A DNA stretch of 64,000 bases, taken from contig NC_079165.1 of assembly GCF_947568905.1 (NCBI RefSeq), forward strand, positions 38,254,001 to 38,318,000, in the 5' to 3' direction. The stretch's first letter is position 1, and every line of letters begins with the position of its first letter. Position numbers and translations under genes: made by a program. Below are positions 62,967-64,000 of the stretch, one piece after another. The DNA is from Ostrea edulis (lineage: Eukaryota). The notes below the pieces were generated by a model. That model saw nothing but the letters and a program-made list of their open reading frames with translations, was not told where the DNA came from and did not search any database.

Positions 62967-63451
62967 GTACATAATCTGATTTTTAATTCCATATAAATTA
63001 TGATGAAGTTAGAATGATATTACACTATATTAAAGAATAAAAATAATGTGAATGTCACTGTGAGAAAATATTTTTTTTTGGGGGGGGGGTTGTTAATATG
63101 CAGGTATAATAAAATTACTGCCATATTGAATAAATTTTGAGCCCCTTGTACATTCTATGTAATTTATAAACTTTTTATTCACAACAAACAGGGGTATGAC
63201 CATTTAGGCAAGTCTATAAAACTTGCTTTCGATGACGATGGAATTCTCGTCACGCTGTCACACGGTCATTGAGAATGGAAATGGAATACAGTTATTTAAT
63301 GTACATCATACATGATACACATTGCATTCGAAGTATTTTATATATAAAGCTCAGAAATAGCAATGAACTCTTCAATGAACATAACTGCCTTAAGTGAAGA
63401 AATATTTAATATAAAGCACAGAAAATTTCACTTTGTTTGGATACCCACTTC

Positions 63452-63515
<64 letters not shown>

Positions 63516-64000
63516 TCAATTTGAGTATTTGTTAGCTCTGGCTTTTAGATTTCAAGTTTTATGTCATTTGGGATAGATCTTGCTCACATATTGATGCAGG
63601 GTTTACTCAAGAATGCTTCTACAAATTTGCTCAAAGGAATGAAAATAAATGTACAAGCATAGTACATGTATCATCAACTGAAGCAATTACTAAGATAAGA
63701 TGTTAAATTTACTCACATTCTCATGGGCAGACCTAACTTTTGATTTTAATTAGATTGCATTTAATGTTGATTCAATTAATGCACTTTATCTTTGAAATAA
63801 TCTTGAAACTTTGTAGATGCGTTGTGTTTTTCTTGAACATTATTTTCATGCATTGACTATCTACCAGTATAGCATTGACTATATACCAGTATAGCATTGA
63901 CTATATACCAGTATAGTCATGCATTTTTCATACCCAGTGGTAAGTAATTACATTATAAATTATTGAAGTGAAAGACATGCAGTACCATCATTAATGGATT

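Overview
AT-rich, intron-rich eukaryotic genomic DNA. The repeat families (Helentron-like elements with ~166-bp internal satellite units, Penelope-like fragments, tRNA-derived SINEs) point to a bivalve, probably an oyster; this is inference. I reconstructed six spliced protein-coding genes by hand, and the ORF track shows most of them only in fragments: (1) the 3' part of a ceramide phosphoethanolamine synthase-like CDP-alcohol phosphotransferase (+, to 4682); (2) an 850-aa type I membrane mucin with a duplicated Cys-rich EB/EGF-like cassette (+, 14043-32483); (3, 4) two very divergent TRPM-like channel paralogs arranged head-to-head with start codons 560 bp apart and matching intron phases (-, 42545 to ~32612; +, 43105-54395); (5) a type II membrane Torsin (TOR4A-like; -, 55943-54600); (6) the 5' part of a TPR protein (+, from 61586). 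Introns and intergenic DNA hold a full-length decayed Tc1 (DD34E), hAT and MULE-like MITEs with intact target-site duplications, Helentron-like elements, RTE, L2/CR1 and Penelope-like fragments, SINEs and several minisatellites. Two minimal type I hammerhead ribozyme motifs are present (17554-17597 +, 28662-28702 -). The best leads are the divergent TRPM-like pair with its tiny shared promoter, the CPES-like enzyme as a candidate ceramide aminoethylphosphonate synthase, and the hammerhead motifs. All gene models are manual and lack transcript support.
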